From NCBI GenBank assembly GCA_044225365.1, contig JBGAIQ010000006.1, positions 32,001 to 96,000 of the forward strand: a stretch of DNA of 64,000 bases, read 5' to 3'. Under the pieces are notes generated by a model. That model saw only the letters and a program-made list of their open reading frames with translations. It was not told where the DNA came from and did not search any database. This DNA comes from Planctomycetota bacterium (GTDB taxonomy: Bacteria > Planctomycetota > B15-G4 > JADJEK01). This document shows, piece by piece, positions 28,275-38,275 of this stretch (position 1 is the stretch's first letter; the number at the start of each line of letters is the position of its first letter). The translations under genes and the position numbers were made by a program.

Positions 28275-29527
28275 GCAACCGCCCGCCGCCGCCTCGTCCC
28301 TTCGTCACGTCGTCGATCCCCGGAATCGGCGGCGCGTTGCGCCGGACGCCCGACGATTTCGTGGTGAGGGAGATCCTGAAGCGACGCCCGATCCGAAGCG
28401 GCGCCTGCGCCTGGGTGGAGATCGAGAAGCGCGGGATCTCGACACCCGAACTGCTCCGCAGACTCGGCTCGGCGCTGCGAACGAAGACCGCCGACCTGCA
28501 CGCCGCGGGATACAAGGACGCCGACGCCGTCACGACGCAGTGGATCTCCGTGCCCGCGCGCTTCGCGAGCAGCATCGCGAAACTCGATGCCTCGAGCCTC
28601 CCCGATGCACGGGTGCTCGGGCTCGAACTCGATCACGCTCCGCTCGATTCATCCCTCATCGCAGCGAACTCGTTCCGCATCACGATTCGTGATGTGAGCG
28701 ACGCGGAGGGAACGCTCGCGCGAGTGACCTCGATGCTCGACGAACTCGGACGACGTGGGATCCCGAATTTCTACGGCGCGCAACGATTCGGCCTGCGCGG
28801 CGAATCGGCAAGAGTCGGCGCCGCGCTGCTCGAGGGCGATCTCCTCCGCGCGCTCGATCTCGTGCTCGGCTCGCCCAGCGACCGCGAACTCGATCCGCGC
28901 GCTCGCGTCTTCCGTGAGGCCTACGAAGCGGGCGATCACTCGACGGCCCTCGCGAATTGCCCCGGCGCGCTCCGCGTGGAGTTTCGACTGCTCGAAGCGC
29001 TCGCTCGCGGCAAACCGAAGGAGGTCGTCGCTCGCGAGATCCCGGCGCAGCAGCAGCGGTTCTATCTCTCCGCGTGGCAGTCGCTGCTCTTCAACCGCGT
29101 GCTGGCGGCGCGGCTCGCTTCGTTCGACACGATCCTGGAGGGCGATCTCGTCGTCGATGCGAGACAGAAACTATGGGACAGTCGCTCGCTGCCGCCGAAC
29201 GCGAAGGGAATGGAGTTCACGCCCACGGGCCCGTTGTTCGGCGAACGCGTGCCGCTCGCGGACGGCGAGCCCGGTCGCATCGAACGCCAGGTGCTGCGCG
29301 ACGCGGGCTACTCCGACATCGCGGCATTGGCCACATCGAAAGCGAGGACGCGCCTTCCCTTCCACGGCGAACGCCGCCCGTTGCGTGTGCCGATCTCGAA
29401 CGTCTCGACGGAGCTTTGCGAGGATCCGAACTCGATCCTCGTTTCGTTCGACCTGCCATCGGGCGCATTCGCGACGACGCTCCTCGCCGAACTGATGAAG
29501 ACCGAACCGCCGATCGTGGAATCGTGA
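28271..29527 (+). CDS. truD: tRNA pseudouridine(13) synthase
   Basis: PDDFVVRE, AGYKDADAVTTQ (catalytic Asp), NSFRITIR, PNFYGAQRFG, SAWQSLLFN, FDLPSGAFAT. Confidence 0.93.
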   Translation: MSNRPPPPRPFVTSSIPGIGGALRRTPDDFVVREILKRRPIRSGACAWVEIEKRGISTPELLRRLGSALRTKTADLHAAGYKDADAVTTQWISVPARFASSIAKLDASSLPDARVLGLELDHAPLDSSLIAANSFRITIRDVSDAEGTLARVTSMLDELGRRGIPNFYGAQRFGLRGESARVGAALLEGDLLRALDLVLGSPSDRELDPRARVFREAYEAGDHSTALANCPGALRVEFRLLEALARGKPKEVVAREIPAQQQRFYLSAWQSLLFNRVLAARLASFDTILEGDLVVDARQKLWDSRSLPPNAKGMEFTPTGPLFGERVPLADGEPGRIERQVLRDAGYSDIAALATSKARTRLPFHGERRPLRVPISNVSTELCEDPNSILVSFDLPSGAFATTLLAELMKTEPPIVES

Positions 29528-29561
29528 ACTCGACGGGATCGCCCTCGATCCCGTCGCCGTT

Positions 29562-30980
29562 TCACTTCGCTTCGGGCGGAGCCTGCCGTGGCAGCGTTCC
29601 GTCCATCTCGGCGAGCGCATAGACGATCGCGGCGACGGCTGCGGCGTGGCGTGCGAGTTCCTTCGGGTTCACCTTGTCGAGCGTGTCGGCTTCGGTGTGG
29701 TGATACTTGAAGTACGTACGCCCGTCCGAGTTGACCCCGAGCATCGGTACGTTCCCACTGCGCATCGGACCGATGTCCGCCCCGCCTCCGCCCGAGCCGA
29801 TCTTGAGATCGCCGAGTCCCTTCAGGGCCGCGAAGAAGTTCTTCACCGTCTCGAGTCCGCCTTCACCCGCGCTCACTCCGAGACCTTCGAGTCCGAACGC
29901 GCCGGAGTCCATCTCGAGCGCGGCGACGTGGCGCGACAACTCGCTCGCCATCGCCTTGGCGTACGCATTGCCGCCCGCGACGCCGTTCTCCTCGTTCATG
30001 AACATCACGCAGCGCACGGTTCGCTTCGGCCGTAGGTTCAGTTCCTTCAGGATGCGGATCGTCTCGAGCGAGCACACGACGCCGACGCCGTCGTCCGACG
30101 CGCCTTGCCCGACGTCCCACGAATCGAGATGCCCGCCGAGCACGACGACTTCCTCGGGACGCTCGCGACCCGTGATCTCGCCGAGCACGTTGGAGGACGG
30201 GACCGTGCCTTCGTCACTGCACGACAACTTGAGATTGAGCGTGACCTTGCCCCGCCGTTCGACGAGTCGCGCGATCAGATCCGCATCCTCGGCGGAGAGC
30301 GCCGCGTGCGGGATCTTCTTCACGCCGTCCTCGTAGCGCATCATTCCGGTGTGCGGCAGGCGATACTCGCCGCCCTTGGTGCCGACCGAACGGATCACCG
30401 ACGCGATGGCGCCCACCTTCGCCGCCTCGACCGCGCCGTTCGTGCGCTGCGCGACAACGGTGCCGTAGCCCATCTCCTTGCCGTTCTCGTCGAGCTCACC
30501 CATCGCGCGATTGAAGAGCACGATCTTGCCCTTCGCCTCGTCCGCGCGCTTCTTCAGCTCGTCGAACGTCTTCACCACGATGACGTCGCCCGTGATCCCG
30601 TCGCGCGGCGTCGCGATCGAACCGCCGAGGGCGAGTACTTTGAGATGCTGCAAGGACGGTGCGACGATCGTCGCTTCCTGCACGTCTCCGCGCACCCACT
30701 TCGGAACCATCACATCCTGGAGCTGGACCTTGTCGGCCCCAGCGCGCTGCAGTGCATCCTTGCCCCAGGCGACCGCCTTCGCGGCGCCCGGTGAACCCGA
30801 CAGTCGATTCCCGACGTCGTCGCACAATTCCGTGAGCGACGCGTACGCCTTGCCGTTCGCGAGTTCCGCGTCGACGATCTTCTGGGCGGCCTCGATGATC
30901 CGCGGCGGGATCTCGCTGCCTTGCGGAGCGAGTGGAGGAAGCGCAACGACGAGAGCAGCGATCGCGACCGAAAGCGTCAT
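29562..30980 (-). CDS. M28-family metallopeptidase (carboxypeptidase Q-like) with PA domain
   Basis: Signal peptide; RLSGS, GGHLDSWDVGQGASDDG, NEENG, EMDSG, YHHTEADT. Confidence 0.92.
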   Translation of the reverse strand: MTLSVAIAALVVALPPLAPQGSEIPPRIIEAAQKIVDAELANGKAYASLTELCDDVGNRLSGSPGAAKAVAWGKDALQRAGADKVQLQDVMVPKWVRGDVQEATIVAPSLQHLKVLALGGSIATPRDGITGDVIVVKTFDELKKRADEAKGKIVLFNRAMGELDENGKEMGYGTVVAQRTNGAVEAAKVGAIASVIRSVGTKGGEYRLPHTGMMRYEDGVKKIPHAALSAEDADLIARLVERRGKVTLNLKLSCSDEGTVPSSNVLGEITGRERPEEVVVLGGHLDSWDVGQGASDDGVGVVCSLETIRILKELNLRPKRTVRCVMFMNEENGVAGGNAYAKAMASELSRHVAALEMDSGAFGLEGLGVSAGEGGLETVKNFFAALKGLGDLKIGSGGGGADIGPMRSGNVPMLGVNSDGRTYFKYHHTEADTLDKVNPKELARHAAAVAAIVYALAEMDGTLPRQAPPEAK

Positions 30981-31094
30981 GGGTAATCTCCGGCGGAGGA
31001 AGCGCGGCAGTGTAGCGATCCTCGGCAAATCCTGTCGGCTTGTGCGGAAGAGGACTCGTCGCGTATGGTGCGATCCTCCCGAACCGAAGAATCG

Positions 31095-31625
31095 ATGAAC
31101 TCGAAGTCGCTCCTCCCCGTCGTCACCACCCTCCTCGCTCACGCATTGGTCTGGGCCCTCGCGATCCATCTGTGGCCGACGCTGCCGGAGCGACTGCCGA
31201 TGAAGTTCGACCTCGCCGGGAATCCGACGCGCTGGGTCGAGGCCGAGGGTGGCGACTGGTTCGCGCTGCCGGCGCTCGCGACGCTCATCACGACGTGGCT
31301 GCTCGCGCTCGGGCCCGGCATCCGTTTCCTCGCCCGCCAGAATCCGGAGTGGATCAACGTGCCGAGCAAGGAACGCTTCCTGGAGGCCTCGCCCGCCGCC
31401 CGCGTCGACGCCATGCGTCCGATCATCGATGCCCTGCGATGGATGGCGACGCTCATCAACCTCCTGTTCGCGTGGATCCTGCTCGGGATGGAGCGCGTCG
31501 GCAGCAATCTGTGGACGAAACTGCCGCCGTGGCCGCTCTTCGTCTTCCTCGCGCTCCTCGCGGCGGTGCTCGTCCCTGGAATCCTCGGTACGACTCGGCT
31601 CGTCCGCGAGGGCAGGGCGGAGTGA
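31095..31625 (+). CDS. DUF1648 (SdpI N-terminal-like) membrane protein
   Basis: WPTLPERLPMKFDLAGNPTRW motif; four hydrophobic segments. Confidence 0.8.
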   Translation: MNSKSLLPVVTTLLAHALVWALAIHLWPTLPERLPMKFDLAGNPTRWVEAEGGDWFALPALATLITTWLLALGPGIRFLARQNPEWINVPSKERFLEASPAARVDAMRPIIDALRWMATLINLLFAWILLGMERVGSNLWTKLPPWPLFVFLALLAAVLVPGILGTTRLVREGRAE

Positions 31626-31671
31626 TTCTCCCGCTGTCGCTTCGTCGCCTCCTGACGTAGCATCCCATCTC

Positions 31672-33294
31672 ATGATTCGCGCGGGCGTGTTCTTCCTCCT
31701 CCTCCTTCGCACGGCTGGCGCGCAGGACGCCGAGCCGAAGCAGTCCGCAGACGAAAGACCTCCGCTCGAGATCCGCGTCAATCGCGCCGTCGATCGCGGA
31801 TGCGCGCAACTCCTCACCAAGCAGGACGACAACGGCGGCTTCGGCACCGGCGACAAGGTGCATCGCATCGGGCGAACGTCCCTGACCCTGCTCGCGCTGC
31901 TCCACGGTGGCGTGTCGATCGCCGACCCGAAGGTCGTGCGTGCGCTCGATTACCTGTTCACGCAGTTGAACTCCGCGCAGCGCACGCGAGCGCCGGGCGA
32001 GGAGGTCTACTCGTTCAGCACGTACGAGACGGGCATCACACTCATGCTGCTGCACGACCTGCCCGCGAATCCGCGCAATCAGACCGCGATCGAGACGCTC
32101 GCGCGCTACCTCGTCGAGAAGTTCGATCGTGGCGCTCGGATGTGGGCGTATCCGCTCGGAGCACCCGATCTCTCCAACACGCAATACGCGCTCCTCGGTC
32201 TGCGCGCCGCCGCACAGCGCGGATTCAAGCCCACCGCCTACAAGGACGTGCTCGCGCAATCGCTCCTCGGGATCCTCTCGTGTCAGCGCAAGAACGGCGG
32301 ATTCGCCTACAAGCCGAACGAATTTTCGCGGTCCTCGATGACCGTGGCCGCGCTCGCGCTCATCAAGTTCCTCGGCGACGAGCTCGGAGATTATGGCGGC
32401 GCATCGAAGGACCTCGCGCGCGCGAAGAAGGCCGTGAAGCCGGCGCAGGATTGGCTCGCCGAGAACTGGTCGGTCGACGATCTGCGCGAAGGACTCGCTC
32501 GCCGTCCAGGTGGTTTCTACTTCTACTACATGTATGGACTCGAACGGTACGCGGCGTTCTATGGCCTGAAGGAGATCGCGGGCCACCGCTGGTATCAAGA
32601 CGGCGCCGAAGCCCTGCTCGCGATGCAGAACGACGACGGCGGGTTCGGCACCGCGATCGAAGACACTTGCTTCGCCATTCTCTTCTTGCAGAAGGCGACG
32701 CTCACGGGCCCGAGCGAGCGGACCGGCTCCGCCGATGGCGACAATGCGGCCGTCGCGCCGCGCAAGCCGCCCGCACCTGCTCCCGACGCGGGGATTCCGT
32801 TCCTTCGCGAATGGCTCCTGCTCGGTCCCTACGCGCAGACCGACGACGACGATGCGCTCGTCGTCGACGCGATCGGCGAGACGAAGGTGCATCCCGCCGG
32901 CGGGAAGACGGCCAAGGGTGGCAAGTGGGTTCGCTACGTGGCGCCGTCCGACGAAGTCGACTTCGCAAAAGCGCTTGCGCCAAACGGTGGCGTGCCGCTC
33001 GACAAGGTCGCCGCCTATGCGGGCGGATACCTCGTCGCCGATCGCGATGGCGACGCCCGACTCTGGTTCGATTCCGACGACGGTATACGCGTCTTCGTCA
33101 ACGGCACGATGGTGCTCGAAGATCATCATCACGACGGCAAGAACGGCATGCACGTCGACGTGAAGCTGAAGAAGGGCCAGAACCTCGTGCTGCTGAAGGT
33201 CGAGAACGTCGGGTACTACTGGCACTTCAAGGCGCAGGTCACCGACATCGAGAACCACGCGATCGCCGGGGTCGGTTTCACCACGCGACCGTGA
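31672..33294 (+). CDS. Secreted prenyltransferase/squalene-oxidase-repeat protein with C-terminal PA14-like domain
   Basis: QW-like repeats KQDDNGGF, CQRKNGGF, MQNDDGGF; DLSNTQYALLGL; YYMYGLER; C-terminal DSDDGIRVFVNG...LKKGQNLVLLK. Confidence 0.8.
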   Translation: MIRAGVFFLLLLRTAGAQDAEPKQSADERPPLEIRVNRAVDRGCAQLLTKQDDNGGFGTGDKVHRIGRTSLTLLALLHGGVSIADPKVVRALDYLFTQLNSAQRTRAPGEEVYSFSTYETGITLMLLHDLPANPRNQTAIETLARYLVEKFDRGARMWAYPLGAPDLSNTQYALLGLRAAAQRGFKPTAYKDVLAQSLLGILSCQRKNGGFAYKPNEFSRSSMTVAALALIKFLGDELGDYGGASKDLARAKKAVKPAQDWLAENWSVDDLREGLARRPGGFYFYYMYGLERYAAFYGLKEIAGHRWYQDGAEALLAMQNDDGGFGTAIEDTCFAILFLQKATLTGPSERTGSADGDNAAVAPRKPPAPAPDAGIPFLREWLLLGPYAQTDDDDALVVDAIGETKVHPAGGKTAKGGKWVRYVAPSDEVDFAKALAPNGGVPLDKVAAYAGGYLVADRDGDARLWFDSDDGIRVFVNGTMVLEDHHHDGKNGMHVDVKLKKGQNLVLLKVENVGYYWHFKAQVTDIENHAIAGVGFTTRP

Positions 33295-33300
33295 TTCGCA

Positions 33301-34020
33301 TCACCAGCCGGTCGAGTAGCGACGGAAGCTGCGGCCGCGATCGAACAGGCGAACGTCGCGATACTTGAACCACGGGATCAGGGCGGCCCCGACGAGAAAG
33401 CCCCCGAAGTGCGCCCACCAGGCGATATTGCTCTCGTGATTCGCGTTCAGGATGTTGAGGGCCTGGGCCGCGAACCAGTAGCCGAGGAAGATCCACGCCG
33501 GCAGATCGATCCACGTGACGAAGACGAGCAGGAACAGGAGGGCGCGGATGTTGGCGAACGGATGCAGCACGAAGTAGGCCCCGAGCACTCCGCTGATCGC
33601 GCCGCTCGCGCCGATCATTGGCTCGACGGAGTCGGGATGCGCGATGACGTGCGTCATCGCCGCCGCCACTCCCGAGAGCAAATAGAAGACGAGGAAGCGC
33701 ACCGATCCCATCGCGTCCTCGACGTTGTTGCCGAAGATCCACAGGAACAGCATGTTTCCGAGCAGATGACTCCACCCGCCATGAAGGAACATGCTCGTGA
33801 TGAGCGTGGCCCAGGGCGGGATGTGCGCGAGCGACCGGCCGAGTTTGGCGTGGCCCAGGACCACCTCGGGGATCGCACCATAGGAATGCACGGCGAGGAG
33901 AAGCGATCGGTCGTGCAGGGAGAGCTGCCAGGCAAAGATGGCACAGCATGCAAGAACGAGGCCGATCGTCACGATCGGAACGCTGCGCGTCGGATTGTTG
34001 TCGGTGATCGGAAGCAGCAC
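33301..34020 (-). CDS. Rhomboid family intramembrane serine protease
   Basis: SMFLHGGWSHLLGNM, GASGA (catalytic Ser), AWWAHFGG (catalytic His). GTG start at 34020. Confidence 0.93.
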   Translation of the reverse strand: MLLPITDNNPTRSVPIVTIGLVLACCAIFAWQLSLHDRSLLLAVHSYGAIPEVVLGHAKLGRSLAHIPPWATLITSMFLHGGWSHLLGNMLFLWIFGNNVEDAMGSVRFLVFYLLSGVAAAMTHVIAHPDSVEPMIGASGAISGVLGAYFVLHPFANIRALLFLLVFVTWIDLPAWIFLGYWFAAQALNILNANHESNIAWWAHFGGFLVGAALIPWFKYRDVRLFDRGRSFRRYSTGW

Positions 34021-34169
34021 GGTCGGCCTGGTCCTATCGCGTGAGCCAACACAGAAAGGCGTTGCGAGAATAGCATTCCCTCGCGAACGCGGAACAACTG
34101 CGATCCGCCACTTGCTCGCGCAGTGGCTCGCGTGCTCCGAAACGATCCGATATGTTGGTTCGCTCGAAC

Positions 34170-34865
34170 ATGGCGGAAACGACACCCGATTCACTCGCTG
34201 GCTGGCGACTCTTCGACGCGGAATTTGCGATCGGTGGCGAGCGGTATTCTCTCGAGTTGATCGATCAGGACTACGTGATCGATCGCCTCATCGCGGAGAA
34301 TGCCGATCTCGAACAGCGCAATCCGTACTTCGGTCTCGTCTGGCCGTCGGCGATCGCGCTCGCCCGCGAGATCGCCGTGCGCGACGACTTCGCTGGGAAG
34401 CGCGTACTCGATATCGGCTGCGGGCCGGGTCTCCTCGGAATCGTCGCAGCGAAGCGCGGCGCGTTGGTCACGTTCGTCGACCTGATGCCCGAGAGCATTG
34501 CACTGACGAAACGCAACGCCGCTCGCTGCGGGATCACCGGCGAATTCCTTCATGCCGACCTAAGGGACGACAAGGCCTTCAAGACGAAATTCGATCGCAT
34601 CGTCGCGAGCGACGTCCTCTACGAACGACCTCTCGCATCCGCGATGCTGGACGCGATCGAGAACCACCTTGAACCCCACGGTGTGGCGATCCTCACCGAT
34701 CCCATGCGCCCAACCGCCCACGAATTCGCTCATCATTCCCGCCGCCGCGGGTTCGAAGTGGAAGAGCGTCGGACGAACATCGAAGATGAAGGCCGCAACG
34801 TGTCGATAAGGATCTTCGAGATGCGCCGCGCCGGCTCGAAGATCTCGAGCGCCGCGGGGAGATGA
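34170..34865 (+). CDS. Class I SAM-dependent methyltransferase (Methyltransf_16-like)
   Basis: PYFGLVWPSA, VLDIGCGPG, ASDVLYE, DPMR. Confidence 0.88.
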   Translation: MAETTPDSLAGWRLFDAEFAIGGERYSLELIDQDYVIDRLIAENADLEQRNPYFGLVWPSAIALAREIAVRDDFAGKRVLDIGCGPGLLGIVAAKRGALVTFVDLMPESIALTKRNAARCGITGEFLHADLRDDKAFKTKFDRIVASDVLYERPLASAMLDAIENHLEPHGVAILTDPMRPTAHEFAHHSRRRGFEVEERRTNIEDEGRNVSIRIFEMRRAGSKISSAAGR

Positions 34866-34872
34866 ATCGTTC

Positions 34873-36117
34873 ATGGTCGATGCCCGCAGGATCGGTCTCT
34901 TCGTCGTCGTCACGTCGATGTTTGCGCTGGCCGCACTACCCGGTCCGCGCAACTCCAATGAGGCGATCGATAGCGACGTGCTTCCGGAGCTGCTGAAACG
35001 CAACTCCGCGAAGTTCGGGACCGTTCTCGCGAACCCGGCGAAGTACCGGATGCAGATCCTCGTTTCGGAGGTGGTCGAGAGTGGCGGTGGCGCGAGGCTC
35101 AAGCGCTTCGGTTACCGCGTCGACGCCGAGTACTTCTATCCGGCGAGCGCGATCAAGACGTGCGCCGCCGTGGCTGCACTGCAGTGCGTGTCGCAGTTGC
35201 GACACGATCACGGCCCCGACGTCGGCATCGACACACCGCTGCGGTTCGAACCGTTGTTCGAGGGTCAGAAGGTCGAAGAGGTCGATCCATCGAACGTCGG
35301 CAAGAAGACGATCACGGTCGGACACGAGATCCGCAAACTGTTCCTCGTTTCCGACAACGACTCGTTCAATCGCCTCTACGACCTCGTAGGACACAAGGAA
35401 CTGAACCAGGCGATGTGGGAGGCGGGACTCGACTCGGTGAGGATCCGCCATCGACTCTCCGTATCCCGGTCGCCGTCCGACAATCTGCGGACGCGGCGGG
35501 TCGAATTCCTCCTCGGAGACTCGACGTCGATCGATGTCCCCGAACGGACGAGCGACCTGAAGCTCGACCTCAACACCGAAGGGGGTGTCGATGTCGGTGA
35601 GGGGTACTTCCAGGGTGGATCGCTGAAGCACTCACCCATGTCGTTCGCCGACAAGAACCGCATCTCCCTCGTCGATCTCCAGGACCTTCACGTGATGATC
35701 CTGCGCCCGGACGTGCGATTCTCCGACAAGAAGGGACTCGACCTCGGTGATTCCGATCGCGAATTCCTGAAGAAGGCGATGTCCGAATACGCCGCGGAGT
35801 CGACGAATCCCGTCTACGACGAAGCGACCCATCCCGACGACTACGTGAAGTTCCTCCTCCACGGCCTCATGCGCGTCGCTCCGAAACAAGACCTCGTGAT
35901 CTACGACAAGGTCGGCCTCGCCTACGGCTTTACGGTCGAGAACGCCTACGTCGTGAACAAGCGCACCGGCAAGTCCTTCTTCCTCACCGCCACCCTCTAC
36001 ACCAACGACGACGGTATCCTGAACGACGACCAGTACGGCTACGACGCAATCGCGTTCCCGTTCTGGCGAGACCTTGGTGAGGTGATCGCGCGATGGCGTT
36101 GGGAAGACAGCAACTGA
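34873..36117 (+). CDS. Secreted serine hydrolase, class A beta-lactamase-like fold
   Basis: YPASAIK (SxxK), SDN, KVG motifs; N-terminal signal. Confidence 0.82.
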   Translation: MVDARRIGLFVVVTSMFALAALPGPRNSNEAIDSDVLPELLKRNSAKFGTVLANPAKYRMQILVSEVVESGGGARLKRFGYRVDAEYFYPASAIKTCAAVAALQCVSQLRHDHGPDVGIDTPLRFEPLFEGQKVEEVDPSNVGKKTITVGHEIRKLFLVSDNDSFNRLYDLVGHKELNQAMWEAGLDSVRIRHRLSVSRSPSDNLRTRRVEFLLGDSTSIDVPERTSDLKLDLNTEGGVDVGEGYFQGGSLKHSPMSFADKNRISLVDLQDLHVMILRPDVRFSDKKGLDLGDSDREFLKKAMSEYAAESTNPVYDEATHPDDYVKFLLHGLMRVAPKQDLVIYDKVGLAYGFTVENAYVVNKRTGKSFFLTATLYTNDDGILNDDQYGYDAIAFPFWRDLGEVIARWRWEDSN

Positions 36118-37469
36118 TCGTCGCCCTGGTTCTTTGCCTCGGCCTCCCGCTCGCCCGCGCGAGCGACTCCGACCCGCAGAAATCGATTCCCCCGGTCCCC
36201 GCCCCGCGTCAGCTCGCCTGGCAAGAGCTCGAGTATTGCGCGTTCTTCCACTTCGGGATCAACACGTTCACCGATCGCGAATGGGGCGAGGGCAGCGAGA
36301 GCGAGAAGCTCTTCGATCCGAAGGAACTGGACTGCAAGCAATGGGTGAAGGTCGCGAAGGACGCCGGCATGAAGGGCGTCATCCTCACCGCGAAGCACCA
36401 CGACGGATTCTGCCTCTGGCCCTCGAAGTGGACCGAGCACTCGGTGAAGAACTCGCCCTGGAAGGACGGCAAGGGCGACGTGGTGCGCGAGCTGTCCGAC
36501 GCGTGCCATGAAGCCGGCATGAAATTCGGCGTGTACCTCTCGCCCTGGGACCGCAACCAGCCTTGCTACGGCGACTCCGACAAATACAACGACTACTACG
36601 TGGCTCAGCTCACCGAGCTGCTCACGAACTACGGCGAGATCTTCGAGGTTTGGTTCGACGGCGCGTGCGGCGAAGGGCCGAACGGCAAGAAGCAGGTCTA
36701 CGACTGGAAACGCTATATCGAAACGGTCCGCAAGCTGCAGCCGAACGCCGTGATGTTCTCCGATGCAGGACCGGACGTTCGCTGGGTCGGCAACGAGAAC
36801 GGCTTCGCGGGCGAGACCTGCTGGTCGATGTTGAAGCGTGACAAGTTCTATCCGGGAACGCCGGACTACAAGGAACTGACGACGGGACACAGCGACGGTG
36901 ACTACTGGGTGCCCGCCGAATGCGACGTATCGATTCGTCCGGGATGGTTCTATCACCAGGCCGAAGACGACAAGGTGAAGTCGGTCGATGACCTGATGAA
37001 GATCTGGTACGGCTCGGTCGGCCGCAACGGATCCCTCCTCCTCAACATCCCGCCCGATCGCCGCGGCCTCGTCAACGAGCACGATGTCGCGCGGCTAATG
37101 GAGTTCAGGGAACGCCGAGACTCGACGTTCCAAAGAGACCTCGCCAAGAACGCTCCAACATCCTACGACAAGAAGGATGACGACGGGGGTGAACGGACCC
37201 TCGAGATCCGGTTCGAACACGAATGCCGCATCGACCACGTCGTGATCGCGGAAGACATCTCGCGTGGTCAGCGGGAAACGATGGTGGAGATCGAGATTCC
37301 TCGATCGGAGTCGAACGCCAGTCGCGATCGAGTCGCCTCGGGCACGACGATCGGTCATAAGCGCATCTTCCAGTTCAAGCCCGTAATGACGAACATCGTC
37401 TACGTGCGCTTGGGCCAGACATTGCGTGGACCCCACGCAATCGCGTCCGTTCAAGTGTACGGCCCGTAA
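36093..37469 (+). CDS. Alpha-L-fucosidase (GH29)
   Basis: FFHFGINTF, TAKHHDGFCLW, YLSPWD, WFDGA, ECDVSIRPGWFY, SVGRNG.LLLNIPP. Confidence 0.94.
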   Translation: MALGRQQLIVALVLCLGLPLARASDSDPQKSIPPVPAPRQLAWQELEYCAFFHFGINTFTDREWGEGSESEKLFDPKELDCKQWVKVAKDAGMKGVILTAKHHDGFCLWPSKWTEHSVKNSPWKDGKGDVVRELSDACHEAGMKFGVYLSPWDRNQPCYGDSDKYNDYYVAQLTELLTNYGEIFEVWFDGACGEGPNGKKQVYDWKRYIETVRKLQPNAVMFSDAGPDVRWVGNENGFAGETCWSMLKRDKFYPGTPDYKELTTGHSDGDYWVPAECDVSIRPGWFYHQAEDDKVKSVDDLMKIWYGSVGRNGSLLLNIPPDRRGLVNEHDVARLMEFRERRDSTFQRDLAKNAPTSYDKKDDDGGERTLEIRFEHECRIDHVVIAEDISRGQRETMVEIEIPRSESNASRDRVASGTTIGHKRIFQFKPVMTNIVYVRLGQTLRGPHAIASVQVYGP

Positions 37470-37563
37470 AGGCGGCTTCTGTGCCTCCGCCCGAGGACCG
37501 TCAACATCGGTCCAAGCATCGTCGTGTATGCTCCTTCCAGTCACCGGACGAAGGAGCGCAGCG

Positions 37564-38265
37564 ATGGACTCGGCGGACTCGGGCATTCGTACGCGATTCG
37601 CGTGGATCGAGCGAGGCGCGTTCATCGCGCTCCTCGCCGTCACTTTGTATTTCGGCGCCGTGAATCGCCCGATCGCGGCCGTGAGGGCGTCCGGTGGTTA
37701 CCAGTCTCCCCTGTCGCCGGCCCTCCATCAAACTCGCGGCAACAACGATTTGCTCGTCACGCAGCGACTCATCGATCCCGAGCTCGGGGATCTTCTCGCG
37801 GTCGCCGGACGTGAGCTCGATGATTTCGCCGTCGACATCGGGCGGCCGCTTCGGCGCGCTCGCATGTCCTACGAAGTCTGGCGCGACGGCAAGTTCGTCC
37901 ACGAACGCGAACTCATGAACGTCGAGAAACCGAACGCGATCGAGCGGATCGTCCTCGCTCTCGATCCCGCGAGCCTCGACGTGCTGCGTCTACGAGCACG
38001 CGTGCGGTATAAGCACGAGAGAGGACGAATCTGGTCGTGCGACCACGCGCTCGACCTCGGCGGCGACGGACGACTCCCGACTCGCTTCTTCACTCACAAT
38101 CCCGAAACTGCCCTGGTCGCAAAAGCGGATCGCCCGATCGAGACCAAGTTGCTGACCGCCGTGTTCTGCGATTACCCGTTGTCGAATGCGGATGACGTCG
38201 TTCCCAATGGCAAGAGTTCGCTCGCGATCGTCGTGAAGCTCACGCTCGATCTCGCGAACGAATAG
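37564..38265 (+). CDS. Hypothetical protein with N-terminal membrane anchor
   Basis: ORF fills the gap between same-strand genes; hydrophobic GAFIALLAVTLYFGAV; no recognised motif. Confidence 0.55.
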   Translation: MDSADSGIRTRFAWIERGAFIALLAVTLYFGAVNRPIAAVRASGGYQSPLSPALHQTRGNNDLLVTQRLIDPELGDLLAVAGRELDDFAVDIGRPLRRARMSYEVWRDGKFVHERELMNVEKPNAIERIVLALDPASLDVLRLRARVRYKHERGRIWSCDHALDLGGDGRLPTRFFTHNPETALVAKADRPIETKLLTAVFCDYPLSNADDVVPNGKSSLAIVVKLTLDLANE

Positions 38266-38275
38266 AGAATTTCAC

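Noticed and set aside
34873-36117. Antibiotic-resistance beta-lactamase
   Set aside because: Fold motifs are present but the protein is much longer and divergent; only a serine hydrolase call is supportable.
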